NCBI GenBank assembly: GCA_963804995.1
Contig: CAWDSK010000005.1
Location: forward strand, 384,001 to 448,000
Reading direction: 5' to 3'
DNA: 64,000 nucleotides
Origin: an uncultured Acidobacteriota bacterium
GTDB lineage: Bacteria; Acidobacteriota; Terriglobia; UBA7540
The notes beneath the pieces are model-generated. The model was not told the DNA's origin and did no database searches. It saw only the letters and a program-made list of their open reading frames with translations. Made by a program: the position numbers and the translations under genes. This document shows positions 19,901 through 29,467 of this stretch, piece by piece; positions within the stretch are counted from its first letter, which is position 1; the number at the start of each line of letters is the position of its first letter.

Positions 19901-20370
19901 CCAGCGGCGCGCCCTTTACCGTCTTCTCGGGAATTCAACAGACCGGTGTGGGTTCCACCGGGGCCGACCGCCCGGATCAGATTGCCAAGCCGGATTTCTC
20001 GACGAGCCGGAAAATCCGCGAGGACTACTTCGGCCGCGGTGCGGAAAACCCCTCGTTCTTTTCCATCCCCATCAATCTGCCCGATGGTTCAGGCCCCAAC
20101 CTGGGGAGGTTTGGCACCTTGGGCCGCGACACTTTCCGCGGGCCGGGCTTTCGTGATTTGGATATGTCCTTGATCAAAGATACCCAGCTTGGAAAGAGAG
20201 GGAATTCCGAAGCGGCGACACTGGAGTTCCGGGCGGAGTTTTTCAATATCTTCAACGTGGTCAATTTCGGCCTGCCTTCGAATGTCGTCCTGGGATCTGG
20301 GTTCGGGCTCATCAACCGGACCGCCGGCCCCTCGCGGCAAATCCAGTTTTCGCTGAAGCTGATTTACTGA
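16939..20370 (+). CDS. TonB-dependent receptor (Oar-like) with N-terminal carboxypeptidase-regulatory-like domain
   Basis: Signal peptide, LPLNKRDFSQLLLL, NVITKSG, RNAAFDARNFF, QDTWKV, LEFRAEFFNIFN, terminal RQIQFSLKLIY. Confidence 0.92.
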   Translation: MSNRNKFFNLFALIIGIAMVRVALAGNQTLATWTGTLTEANGTPVAQAEVKLREVHSDSSRQSVSDARGVFVFTDLPAGEYSVSVRWKGRTLTAAEPLKISQGQILNIRLQFGARGVEIVAPRAAGETAKQATGGEVLSSQEVAGLPLNKRDFSQLLLLAAGTMTDTNGAANFTQQFAVNGQRGTTGVFATDGIDTTDPEMGGATFSNFNVDAIQEIKSSSGVMPAEIGHGAAGFTNVITKSGGDQVHGSVFEFVRNAAFDARNFFDRRNIANPGRIPPFARNEFGFTNGGPLILPGIYDGRRRTYYFGQYQGFRQVLGTTQVLSVPTVAERQGLDKTAFAGDTLRVPVNPQIASVLAAYPLPNDPVGAYGARTYATSAKVATDTDQFSLRIDHRISDHATFFARFNFSNVTGPLTNPNQTAIDPSFAIRFVDHQRNAGMTYTRTSSPNFNWEFSLGFIRATPFFPSINHAQPALAFGDGLYEPFNSADGSVIGAFGNLFQERQNFTYLHGPHTFKWGWEFRQNRDATVFGTNPNGLYTFGGGPAYAPVAIPSASGQHDIQVGDLLPDALTGLLTATPFAYMISVASPEAATGDRFNEAALHRQAYNFYFQDTWKVSPRLQVDYGLRYEYSSRFNEPKGRTSGPVFLGPDGTRARYWDPGAYQQFLVRPEPSYRDDWRGWGPRLSVQMRQSEHTVWHAGAAITTRLPNLFQEDFETGGAPFMIQPTLTAKPGVSVPFQNAVTHFNLPIPYTPSGQPVFPTSRTTDVPPNTVMDLQRYDTDLAAATPGHEIQPLSIFGMMGDFADGYIESYTAGVDQDWGDVKFSAAYVATMGVRLPSIAYPNAYTGADAGFARFTSFDPAGNIMGGFGPEALMSSRSHSTYHGLQVGVEKTSARLGLGFQASYTLSKSLDDTSATLGGFLGSSGTLLQASPQNPWNPGAEKGPSTFDTTHVFTLSLIQTLPFNRIAAFRPLGPKLINGWQFLNITTLTSGAPFTVFSGIQQTGVGSTGADRPDQIAKPDFSTSRKIREDYFGRGAENPSFFSIPINLPDGSGPNLGRFGTLGRDTFRGPGFRDLDMSLIKDTQLGKRGNSEAATLEFRAEFFNIFNVVNFGLPSNVVLGSGFGLINRTAGPSRQIQFSLKLIY

Positions 20371-20379
20371 GTTCATGTC

Positions 20380-20422
20380 TCGTAGGGGCACCTATGAGGG
20401 CCCACGAGGGGTGCCCCTACGA
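20380..20422. repeat. GTAG-type REP-like palindrome between convergent genes (possible terminator role)
   Basis: TCGTAGGGGCACC...GGTGCCCCTACGA, 13-bp perfect IR. Confidence 0.75.
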
Positions 20423-20563
20423 CGTGCAAATTGTTTGTTAAAAAAACCAAGAATTTACGGTATTGCATTGCAGAGTTCGAACGGTACAGAGTCTGAGTTA
20501 CCTGCTGCTGGAAAAAGAAGGCACACCGTTGCCGCTGGTCAGGCCCCTGAATTGATACCAACC

Positions 20564-21787
20564 TCATCGCCTGCGAACATCGACAAATGTGCCGTAGATG
20601 ACATTCTTAGATGACTTATCGGAGGAGGGGATGCGATCCCATCCATAGGGCACGCTGTCGTACACCACCAGGAGTTTGCCCGCCTCTACCTCAATCAGGT
20701 CCGTGTAGCATGTGCTCCTACCGCTGAAGATGGGCGTGAGGTTGGTCCACTTCTTTCCTTCGTCGGCGCTAAACATGATGGTTACCGGGCCGGGCCGGCC
20801 GAACGTGCAAGCCAACAGCCCGCCGCTCAGTAACCTGAGGTGGGGTGCTACACCTTTAAAGCCGGTCGCTATGGGCTTGGTCCAGGTCTTGCCGTCGTCT
20901 GAAGACCATGTCTCACCCATATAGCCGCCACTGTCCGTTCGAAAGATACAGAACAAATGGCTTTCGCTGAGCCGGACCAGAGCTGCTTCATTCGGTCCCT
21001 CTTTGCCCATCCAAGGCGAGGGTGCCTCATGGGGCTCAACTGCGGCAACCGTTCCATATTCCTCCCAACTCCGGCCGTGGTCAGTGGAACGAATCAAGAC
21101 CAGCCGGCGCTGCCGTGGATCGCGTTCGGTTAGGCAGTAGAGCGTGGTTAGCCATTCGCCACCCGGACCGTCCACAATTGCTCCTATGGGTTGGGCCTCA
21201 GGAACCACGCTGAGCCCTGAGGCATCTCTTGCCTTGGTGGCATACAGTTCTACCGGTACGGAGTGTATAGGCTCCGAGAGGTGAATTCTCGCATCCCTGA
21301 TTTGATGAACTTCCAATCCACCCCGCGAGAGCTTCGTCAAAGTGGCGTGAAAATTCGTTGTCTGGCCGGGAGGATAAGGCTCGAGTGAGTCGTACCCAGC
21401 GCCTAGCACCCAGATTGCCCCGTCTTCGCCAGGTACTTGAGTGTACGTGGCATCGATGTTGCCGCCTGCTCCCAGGGTATACCGTCGGCTCCACGTTTGC
21501 CCTCCATCCCTGGAAAGGCAATAAGCGGAAAGCTCCCCTTCCGGGCTCGTCTCATCCGGGCTCAGGCGCATGGTGGTAAGTATTTCGCCCGTGGGAAACC
21601 GATGCACTGTGGGGTACCAGCAGTAGTTATACGAAGCTGTGATTTCCACCGTTTTACCCACCTGAACGATGAGTTCATCCGGTTGGTCCGCCGCTCCGGA
21701 GCACAAAACGGGACCGAGTGTTTCCAGCCCCGCCAGTAGCCCGGCTGAGGCAACAACTAAAGGGATTGCCATCCATTGAATACGCAT
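20564..21787 (-). CDS. Secreted BNR/Asp-box (sialidase-like) beta-propeller protein
   Basis: Asp boxes SRDGGQTW, STDHGRSW, SSDDGKTW, SADEGKKW; PNEA; signal peptide. Confidence 0.8.
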   Translation of the reverse strand: MRIQWMAIPLVVASAGLLAGLETLGPVLCSGAADQPDELIVQVGKTVEITASYNYCWYPTVHRFPTGEILTTMRLSPDETSPEGELSAYCLSRDGGQTWSRRYTLGAGGNIDATYTQVPGEDGAIWVLGAGYDSLEPYPPGQTTNFHATLTKLSRGGLEVHQIRDARIHLSEPIHSVPVELYATKARDASGLSVVPEAQPIGAIVDGPGGEWLTTLYCLTERDPRQRRLVLIRSTDHGRSWEEYGTVAAVEPHEAPSPWMGKEGPNEAALVRLSESHLFCIFRTDSGGYMGETWSSDDGKTWTKPIATGFKGVAPHLRLLSGGLLACTFGRPGPVTIMFSADEGKKWTNLTPIFSGRSTCYTDLIEVEAGKLLVVYDSVPYGWDRIPSSDKSSKNVIYGTFVDVRRR

Positions 21788-22114
21788 CCGCGCACCTCGC
21801 TTGAAACTTTTCAGGCCAAATCCTGAAGCTTGTTCGCGCCTGCCCGCCACCAGCAACCTAGAACGAATCGAGCCAGCCGGAGACATCCCACCGACGTTGG
21901 CATTGAGCTCGAACGAAAGTTGGCTGCGACAACGCGTTTCGCGGCCGTATCCGCGAAAAGCAATCCTGTTTCACCCCCCTAACCCGGGCCCGCCGCCAAG
22001 CGGATTGTTTCCGAGTACGCGACGATCCCATCCCCATGGTCTTGCAGCCGGCGAAGGGGCTCGGAACGTGAGGTGGGGCGGTCCTCGTGCCATCTCCCAG
22101 CTTCGCTCGGGCTG

Positions 22115-25110
22115 TCAATTCCCTATGTACTTGATCCACATGGGAGAAGCCCAAACCAGCTCCCCGTTGTCCTGCTCGCCACGAACATAGTAATAACAAG
22201 TCTTGTCCTTGGCGGGCTGATCATCGCGCCAGGAAAATTCCACTTCCAGCGAATTGGGTGAGGTTGCGAAGACTACCTTGCCGTCGCGTATGATGGTGAC
22301 CTTGGCGAACTTGGAAGTGCCGCGCAACTTGATCTTCAGCGTCGGTGGGTCGGGGGTGGAGAATTCGTCGCCCATCATGTGTGTTCCGCTTTCCACGTCA
22401 GCAAGAATGTCATCCGTGGAGGCGTAAACGTGGCGCGCTTTCAGAGCATCCAAGACCGACTCTCTGGTTACATCCTTGACGTAAACATTCGCGTAGCTCA
22501 TATGGGTCGAGACATGATCCGAGCTTGCCTCAAACCCAAATCGATAGCCTTTATCCAAAGCCAGATTGATAAAACCTTGGGGCCGCCACCCTCCAATGGA
22601 GTCGTGCTCACGGGCGGCGCGGGGCGCATCAGGCATTTCATAATTCTGCCGATCGCCCTGAAAAATCTCCACCACCGGCTCGATTTTCGGATCGTCGTCC
22701 CGCCAATCTGTGCCCATCCCCGTGGCCGTGGTGTGCGAGGCCACGATGCCTCCGAACTCCTTCACGTAAGCGTAGAGCACTTGCGTATCGGTGACGGGGG
22801 AGGGCTGGCTTCCGGCCGGTGCGCCGGTGACATTGGAAGGCATGTAGCGAGGAAGCGGGCGGAATCCCTCGCTGCCCAAAGAGAACATTCCGATGGCCTA
22901 GCGGGTACGGGACGCTGCGCTCATAGGAGAACAGCGAGGCGAAGTTGCCCGGGGAATAAAAAACGTCGTTAAGCTTTTGAGTAATCCACCAGGAGTATTC
23001 TCTTCCGCCGCCATTATCATGATCGCAACAGCCGAACCAATCCAACGCGGCGGCATCCAGGACGTAGCGCCACTGATCGAGGAGTGTGCCGTCGTCGCGC
23101 CCGTCCATCGAGATATCGCTATGGCGATGAAACTCGCCGCGCACAATGCGCAGGCCGCCGCCCGCCCCGCCGCGGTAACCGTGGATGGCCTGGATCGATG
23201 CGACGTTCTGCGACGTCAATCGTGGGCGGTTCCGGCTTGCTGCCGAAATCCGCCGGCACCGCCGCCATCGCTTTCGCCGCCGGACCCAAGTCAATCTCGT
23301 CACACCACAGATCATTCTCGTAGGGGTCAGGGGATGGATTCTGCTCATAACCAGACGGGTTGGGATTCCCCTCGGTGCGTTTGAGATTCCTCCGGCCATC
23401 GGACGAATTCACCATCAGCAATTTGCCGTTCGCAATCGCCACGAGGGCGGGACGGTTGTCCAGAAGGTTATCGCTGTGGTTGAGAAAGATCGGGCGGGTC
23501 CATTCCTTGCCGTCGAAAGAAACCAGGTACTCAGTCCACACCGTTCCAATCGGATTCCACGTGGTGGGGTGGGGGGAGCGGGACGCCAGCCATAGGCGGC
23601 CCGTGCCATCCACTGCCAGGCGCGGCAACGTGTTTTTCGCCGTGGCGGAAGAGTTCATGGCGCCATCACTGTCAGCCCGGTGCCAGGCCTTGCCCACATC
23701 GGGGTCCAGGGCCTCCGATTCGTTTTGCTGGCTGAAATGGTCAGGACGAAAACTCGGCGCACCCAGCAATCTCGATTCAAAGGAAACCTCGGGCGCCACC
23801 AGGCGGCCGTCGGGTTCAACCCCCCGCAGCGTAATCCGCCGCCCCTGGTAGAGGGAAATCCCCGTGGTAGCATAGGCGCCGAAATCCTTCCCCCAGCCTC
23901 GGCCGCCCTCCTCGTAAGCAATCCACAGCCGTCCACTCGGGTCGAAGGCAATGGAAGGATAGGCCTCGTAACGGGCAGAAGCGGCAACGGGAATCTCATC
24001 CCCCCAGGAGTCCGAGGACTCCATGCGTGCGAACACGTCGTAGTTGCCATGGCGATAGGAATCCCATGCCACGGCCACGCGGCCCTTCTTGTCCGCAGCG
24101 ATAGCGGGGTTCCATTCATTCTTGCTGGAACTCGAAATCTTCACCGGCGGTGAGAATCCGCTGCCTTCCTGATGGGCGGCATAGATGGCGGCGACGCCGT
24201 CACGCCACCCTTGCCACGCTACCCACACTCTGCCGCTGGCATCGGTGGTCGCCACCGGATCAATATCTGAGTCCGCCTGATTGGAAATCCGGAACTGATC
24301 CTTCGCTCCTGAGGCATCCACCGCGCGCGCGAAAATATCGAAATTGCCACTTTCGTTTTCTGACCAGAAAACCCAGGCGCGCCCGCTGCCGTCGACCGCC
24401 ACGGCGGATTTATAAAGATCACGCCCCGGCGGCGTTACGGCGATCGCTTCGCCCCATTTCCCTGCCGAATGTTCTCGCGCCCAGATCTGGTCGCCCCCGG
24501 TGGGTTCGGCGTATTGTTGGAAGTCGTGTGGCGCCTCGGAAAGGGGGGCACGCAGTTTGTCCGCGTCGGCGCTGTGATGGAACTGCACGTAGGCAAGCCA
24601 AATCTCGCCATGCGGGCCGGCCGCGAGGGAGGGGTAGTCCTCCTCCTCAGGCGTGTTGGTAAGTCGCTCCGCCGCTGGGATCCGGTCCACATAAACGCGG
24701 CCGCCCAAAAGGTAAATCCCCTGGGCATAGGGAACCTCAGAAGCGAGGAAGCTGAACTTACCCTGGGCCGTCTGGAAGACATACTCACTCGTCTCCGTCA
24801 CGCCGCTGGCGGTGATCAGCAGGCCGTTGGCCGCTAGGGTTCTGGACTCGGGTTCGCCAAACCGGCGGGCAAGGCGCGTGGAGAAATGAAATTGACTGCC
24901 CTGCACACTGTGGTCAACATCAAAATCCCAGCCCTCCAAAGTATAAGCGCCGGCATTCTTGACCTTGAGCGACCCGTCCCAGCGCATCGCGGTCGCGTCC
25001 GTAACCCCGCACAAGACCCGAAAAGTCATCGGGCCTTGCGCCTGCAAATACCTGCCCGGAACAAACACCATCAGCAAGAAAAGAGCAAACCTGATTTGCC
25101 CCATCACCAA
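22115..25110 (-). CDS. Large secreted beta-propeller + PHP/amidohydrolase-like (DUF3604-like) protein, split by two +1 frameshifts (about 23202 and 22861)
   Basis: Three consecutive ORFs join as ...DVAERASIQAIHGYR... and ...QRGIRPLPRY...; metal motifs GEFHRHSDIS.DG, DHDN, GHRNV, ASHT, GFEASSDH; terminal WASPMW. Confidence 0.8.
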
Positions 25111-25284
25111 CTCCTGTTCTCAGCTTTCCTCACGTTGACCTGAGGCCTCGACAGACTGCAGAAACCATCTTCAAATACTGTGATGCTGAACACGGCGGAC
25201 CTTTTTGCGGAGCCTGTCAAGGCAACGGTAATATACAACCGCGCGCCGATGCGGACAACGCTCGGGTTTGTGACGTTGACCTAC

Positions 25285-25949
25285 GCGCCCACCGGACTGA
25301 TTCTGGGACATGAGATTACCGGTGAAGTCATCGAAGCGGGACGTGATGTGGAGTTCATCAAGGTGGGCGATCTGGTTTCGGTGCCCTTCAACATTGCCTG
25401 CGGCCGTTGCCGAAACTGCAAGGAGCGCTCAACGGGCGTGTGCCTGAACGTCAATCCCGCGCGTCCCGGTGCTGCTTACGGTTACGTCGGTATGGGGGGT
25501 TGGGTGGGCGGCCAGGCGGATTACGTCATGGTGCCGTATGCCGATTTTAACCTGCTGGAGTTCCCGGATAAGGCGCGGGCTATGGAGAAGATTCGTGACC
25601 TGACCTGCCTTTCCGATATTTTGCCGACGGGTTATCACGGGGCCGTCAGCGCCGGTGTCACAACGGAGATCCGGGTGGGGTCGATGATAACGCCAAGGTC
25701 GGCAACCTGAGCATCCGCATCGGTCTGGGTTGGGCGAAGTCACATTTCTTCACCACCGGCCAGTGCCCGGTGATGAAGTACAACCGCCAATTGATGATGG
25801 CGATTCTATACGACAAAATAAAGATCGCTAAGGCGACGAACGTTACCGTAATAACACTCAACGAGGCGCCTCAGGGTTACAAAGATTTTGACAAAGGAGC
25901 TGCCAAGAAATTTGTGATCGACCCGCACCGCAGCATCTCTCGCCACTGA
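25285..25949 (+). pseudogene. fdhA: Degraded glutathione-independent formaldehyde dehydrogenase
   Basis: LGHEITGEV, CGRCRNC...C, LSDILPTGYHGA, then an out-of-frame jump to GDPGGVD...GWAKSH...GQCPVMKY...KKFVIDPH*; N-terminus and NAD-binding segment missing. Confidence 0.85.
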
Positions 25950-26145
25950 CATGATGCCAACGGAACGGCATAGCCCCCTACGCGGGCGTCATCATTTGGC
26001 TCAGGGCGCCAGGCTGTCGGCAAACCACAGCTGTAACACGGCCACTCCTGGCTGTGTCGTTCAGCTCGAATTCAAGCCACGATCACAGGCAAGAGTACCT
26101 GTGCTACCGTGACCCTGGACTGGGTGTGCGACAAATCTGTGTGGG

Positions 26146-27474
26146 TCAGGCCGCGCGGGGGCGACGGTTCTCCCAGTAATCCTCGAATTTGCCGCTCAAG
26201 CGATGGCAGCGAAGGGCGATGATGGCATTGGCCCCGCGGACCCTCCAGAACATACCGGAGCGCTTCAGCCGAGTGCCGATGAGGGTTTTGCAGCCGGCTT
26301 CGACGACCCCGGAACCTACGAACAGATGCTGACGCCGAAAGGTCGGATAGCGCATCCGTTGGGCGTTGACGGTAAAATAATCTGCCGCGTGGCGCAAGAG
26401 TTCGGCGGCTTCGGGCGTGGCTGGGAACAGCGAGCGCAAATCGCGCACTAGGGATTCGATCCGCCCGCTCTCCAACTTCTCCTCCCGTTTTCTGGTCCAC
26501 CTTCGGCGGTGGCGCTCGTCGGTGGGCCAGAGCTGGCCCGACAGCTCCCATAAGTGCTGTCGGGCATGATAAAGATCCACAATCTGAATGGCTCCCGGAA
26601 AGTGCTCGGCGGTGAGGTTCCAAATCCAAGGAGCACCATCGCCGATCACCACTTTCTTTTGGGCCCGGTTCCAGCCCCGACGATATGCTTCGAGGTAGAT
26701 GCGTCGCCCAAAAACCTCGGCCGTTTCGATGCCTCCCGTGTAGGTGGTGGAGCCTTCTTCGCGCGCCGGTCGGCCCCGGGCATCCCGTGTCGTCTGGGCG
26801 AAGACACAACCTAATTTCACTTCCCGCGGGCGCGCTTGCTCGCTCTGTTTCCCCGCTCGACCCTCGGTTTCCGAACTCACCACCGGTACTCCCGTCCCAT
26901 CCATCTCCACATAGAGTACCGGAATTTCCGGTCCCCTCACCTGCGGCAAGTTCCGTTGCAGGCCTTGCTGGATCGAGGCTTGTTCCTGGGCGGCAATCTC
27001 GGCGCCCAGAGCCTCTGCCTGCCGTTCCACGGCCTTGGTGGTCACCTCCAACCCGGCCAGCAGTTGCAGTTGTTCTCGACCGAGCGCAAAGGAGGTTTCG
27101 CTGCCCACCACCGCCATCATCCGTCGCACCCCAGGAGAATATTCCGTGCCCTCCACATCCAGTTCCTGATCGCGGGGACTCTGTCCCCGGTGACAGGCCG
27201 GACAAACGTAATAGGGACGCTCGGTCTCGACCCGCCCCAGCACGGTCAGCAGTTGCTTCCGACGCCTGCCGCGGTAGGGGGCCCCCCGACCACAGCCGCA
27301 GGGAACTTGGCGAGGGCACTCGTCCGGGGCGGCCAGCAACTCCTCCAGCACCGCCGCCCCCGCCCGGTGCAAGGCCGCGCGTGTGGCCATCTCGACGGCT
27401 TCCAAATCCAGCGTCCCGGACTTGCGCCGCCCAGCAAAGATCACCGCCAGCAGGGACTCTACTTCTCGCGCCAC
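26146..27474 (-). CDS. ISKra4-family transposase
   Basis: EMDGTGVP, REVKLG, GDGAPWIW, DLYHARQH, RMRY, GSGVVEAGCK, RLKRSGMFW. Confidence 0.9.
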   Translation of the reverse strand: MAREVESLLAVIFAGRRKSGTLDLEAVEMATRAALHRAGAAVLEELLAAPDECPRQVPCGCGRGAPYRGRRRKQLLTVLGRVETERPYYVCPACHRGQSPRDQELDVEGTEYSPGVRRMMAVVGSETSFALGREQLQLLAGLEVTTKAVERQAEALGAEIAAQEQASIQQGLQRNLPQVRGPEIPVLYVEMDGTGVPVVSSETEGRAGKQSEQARPREVKLGCVFAQTTRDARGRPAREEGSTTYTGGIETAEVFGRRIYLEAYRRGWNRAQKKVVIGDGAPWIWNLTAEHFPGAIQIVDLYHARQHLWELSGQLWPTDERHRRRWTRKREEKLESGRIESLVRDLRSLFPATPEAAELLRHAADYFTVNAQRMRYPTFRRQHLFVGSGVVEAGCKTLIGTRLKRSGMFWRVRGANAIIALRCHRLSGKFEDYWENRRPRAA

Positions 27475-27863
27475 TTCCCGCTGAATGGCTTCCGCCGTTT
27501 TTTTTCCTGCTCCGCCGCTTCGGCCTCCTGGGGGAGGGGGCGCTGACGGCAGATTTTTTCGTTCACCTCCACGAAGGCCCGGCGCAGTTGTTGAAACCTG
27601 CGGAACTCGGCAATCTGTCGTTCCGCCTGGTGCCGGGCGGCAGGGCTGGGGAAGGTTTCGCTGACGGTCCGGCCCTGCACCTTGTAAGTGAGCCGGAAGT
27701 TAGGGCCGTGGCCGGGATGATGGGGCTGATGACAGTGACAGTTGGACTTGCCGCAGCGGGCGGTAATGCTGGTGATCGAACCACTGCGGAGGTCACCCAG
27801 TTGGGCGATCTGGCGGATCAACTCCGCCCGTTGGTTCTCCAGGACGTCAAGGGATTGGGGCAT
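27459..27863 (-). CDS. IS upstream ORF (DUF6788-like, Cys/His-rich)
   Basis: GSI...RCGKSNCHC...GHGP; GGAGG RBS; ends near an A8 run and overlaps the transposase start. Confidence 0.8.
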   Translation of the reverse strand: MPQSLDVLENQRAELIRQIAQLGDLRSGSITSITARCGKSNCHCHQPHHPGHGPNFRLTYKVQGRTVSETFPSPAARHQAERQIAEFRRFQQLRRAFVEVNEKICRQRPLPQEAEAAEQEKKRRKPFSGKWREK

Positions 27864-28103
27864 GTTAAGGCCTCCTCTATCCTAACGTATCATATACGTT
27901 AGGATATAAGCGACAAAAAAAGAGCCAGCCCAGAGCGTTACATTTATGTCGCGCACCCCCCTGGACTGGCTGGCTTGACTAAATCGCAGAGCTGCGGTCG
28001 GTTTGCGCCAGCCCGTCCCTTCTACAAAGAAATGAATCTTGAAATTTAGGGGAGAAGCTACCCTCTATGGCACTCAGAAGACGCTAATACATCACCCGTG
28101 CGT

Positions 28104-28535
28104 TCAGAATAAGCGACGTGCTTCCGACTGGTCCTTCCACAAGACCCAGCCAGCCCAAGCCAGACTTCCGGCCATTGTGGTTGCACCCACCCACCAGAGG
28201 TGGTCGCCGATCCAGCCCCGCCAGTGGGACCCAAGGAGTAATACCCCTAACGCTAGGACCCCCAGAGCGTTCCAACCCAACGCGTCCAGTAGTTCCGGCA
28301 CATCTTTCATCCAGCTCCGCTCCCGTGCCACGGCGCGCGAGATCTGCGGGCTCAATACGGACAGATTCAGTTCGGCGCGTAATTGCGCCGTCAAGGTTGC
28401 CTCTATTTCCGTAAGCACCTTCGCCCACGCGCGGCAGCCAGTACAACTGGCCAGGTGCTGACTTAATTCTCTCTGTTCGCCGGGCTCCAACCGTTCCCGC
28501 TCCAGAATCAATTCCTGCCAGTCTTCACACTTCAT
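28104..28535 (-). CDS. Zinc-binding anti-sigma factor with two TM helices
   Basis: MKC...HLASCTGC (HxxxCxxC); ATGA overlap with the sigma gene. Confidence 0.85.
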   Translation of the reverse strand: MKCEDWQELILERERLEPGEQRELSQHLASCTGCRAWAKVLTEIEATLTAQLRAELNLSVLSPQISRAVARERSWMKDVPELLDALGWNALGVLALGVLLLGSHWRGWIGDHLWWVGATTMAGSLAWAGWVLWKDQSEARRLF

Positions 28536-29062
28536 GTCCCGCTCCTTGCTTTTTCCAGTGCCACAGCCTCCAGCCGCCTTTCGACGAGGGTGCGGCGGCC
28601 GCGGCATATCCAGGTCTTCACCGTGCCCATCGGGACTCCCAGTGCCGCCGCGACTTCCTTATAGGATCTCTCTTCCAGATAAAACAACGTCAACGCCTGG
28701 CGCTGCGATTCGGGAAGCTCGGCGAGCCAAGCCCGCACATCGGTTCGGGGTTCCCGCGTCGCCCTTTCCAATTCCCACGCCTGAGCTCTCTTCAAAATAT
28801 CCGGGTCGTCCAGGGACTCGGTCGTCGCGGTCTTCATTCTTTCGACTGCGGTGAGACAAGCATTGCGAGTGATCGCATAAACCCAGGTGGATAGCGAAGC
28901 CTCGCCTCGAAATGCGCCCAAGGCTCGCCAGATGCGCAGGAAGACTTCCTGTGCCGTCTCTTCCGCCCAGGCTCGATTCCCCAGCATGGCATAGCACAAT
29001 CGCAATACCTTACCCTCATACGCCTTCAGCAACTGCTCGAAGGTGCTGTCTCTAGACCCCAT
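28532..29062 (-). CDS. ECF RNA polymerase sigma factor
   Basis: AEETAQEVFLRIW, F.GEASLSTWVYAITRN, LPESQR, SYKEVAAALGVPMGTVKT. Confidence 0.95.
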   Translation of the reverse strand: MGSRDSTFEQLLKAYEGKVLRLCYAMLGNRAWAEETAQEVFLRIWRALGAFRGEASLSTWVYAITRNACLTAVERMKTATTESLDDPDILKRAQAWELERATREPRTDVRAWLAELPESQRQALTLFYLEERSYKEVAAALGVPMGTVKTWICRGRRTLVERRLEAVALEKARSGT

Positions 29063-29135
29063 GGACTTGCTTCCACGTCCGACGCGGCGGGCGATTCGCC
29101 GTTCTCTAAACTGGGCAGCATCATCCCACGTTTAG

Positions 29136-29255
29136 CAGGCTGTTGCAAAACCCTCACGGTGCGACGTAGCGGCGGGTTTACCCCGCCATATCGCCAACGA
29201 TTTCAACAGCGGATGGCGGGGTAAACCCGCCGCTACGTCGTTTTTCATCAGCCTG
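29136..29255. mobile_element. MITE with IS5-like ends carrying a GTAG REP pair
   Basis: Ends CAGGCTGTTGCAAAA / TTTTCATCAGCCTG; TTAG duplication (29132-29135, 29256-29259); perfect 28-bp internal IR at 29162-29189 / 29213-29240. Confidence 0.8.
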
Positions 29256-29329
29256 TTAGGTGGGTGGGTCTACAACCACGGGGGTCAGCCAACCGATTTC
29301 GCTGTTCCCCAGCGCGACACCCCCTCAGC

Positions 29330-29405
29330 CGTTTAGACTCGCTTCCTCGCCCCGATTGTTTCAAGTGGATGCTGAAACATTTGGCCCCGCATCCAGGTCT
29401 AAACG
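29330..29405. promoter_or_regulatory. Back-to-back ECF-type promoters (TGAAACA...GTCTAAACG on both strands)
   Basis: Plus strand: TGAAAC 29373-29378 and GTCTAAAC 29397-29404; minus strand: TGAAAC 29363-29358 and GTCTAAAC 29338-29331. Confidence 0.7.
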
Positions 29406-29467
29406 AAAGTAAGGAACTCACACGCTCGCTGGCAGACTGAAGGGTTGAGCGCCAGCCGGAGGAACTC

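Larger units (their letters stand above)
26122..27958 (-). mobile_element. ISKra4-family insertion sequence
   Basis: Imperfect IRs GGGTGTGCGACAAATCTGT / ACATTTATGTCGCGCACCC; 9-bp target duplication CCCTGGACT (26113-26121, 27959-27967). Confidence 0.9.
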
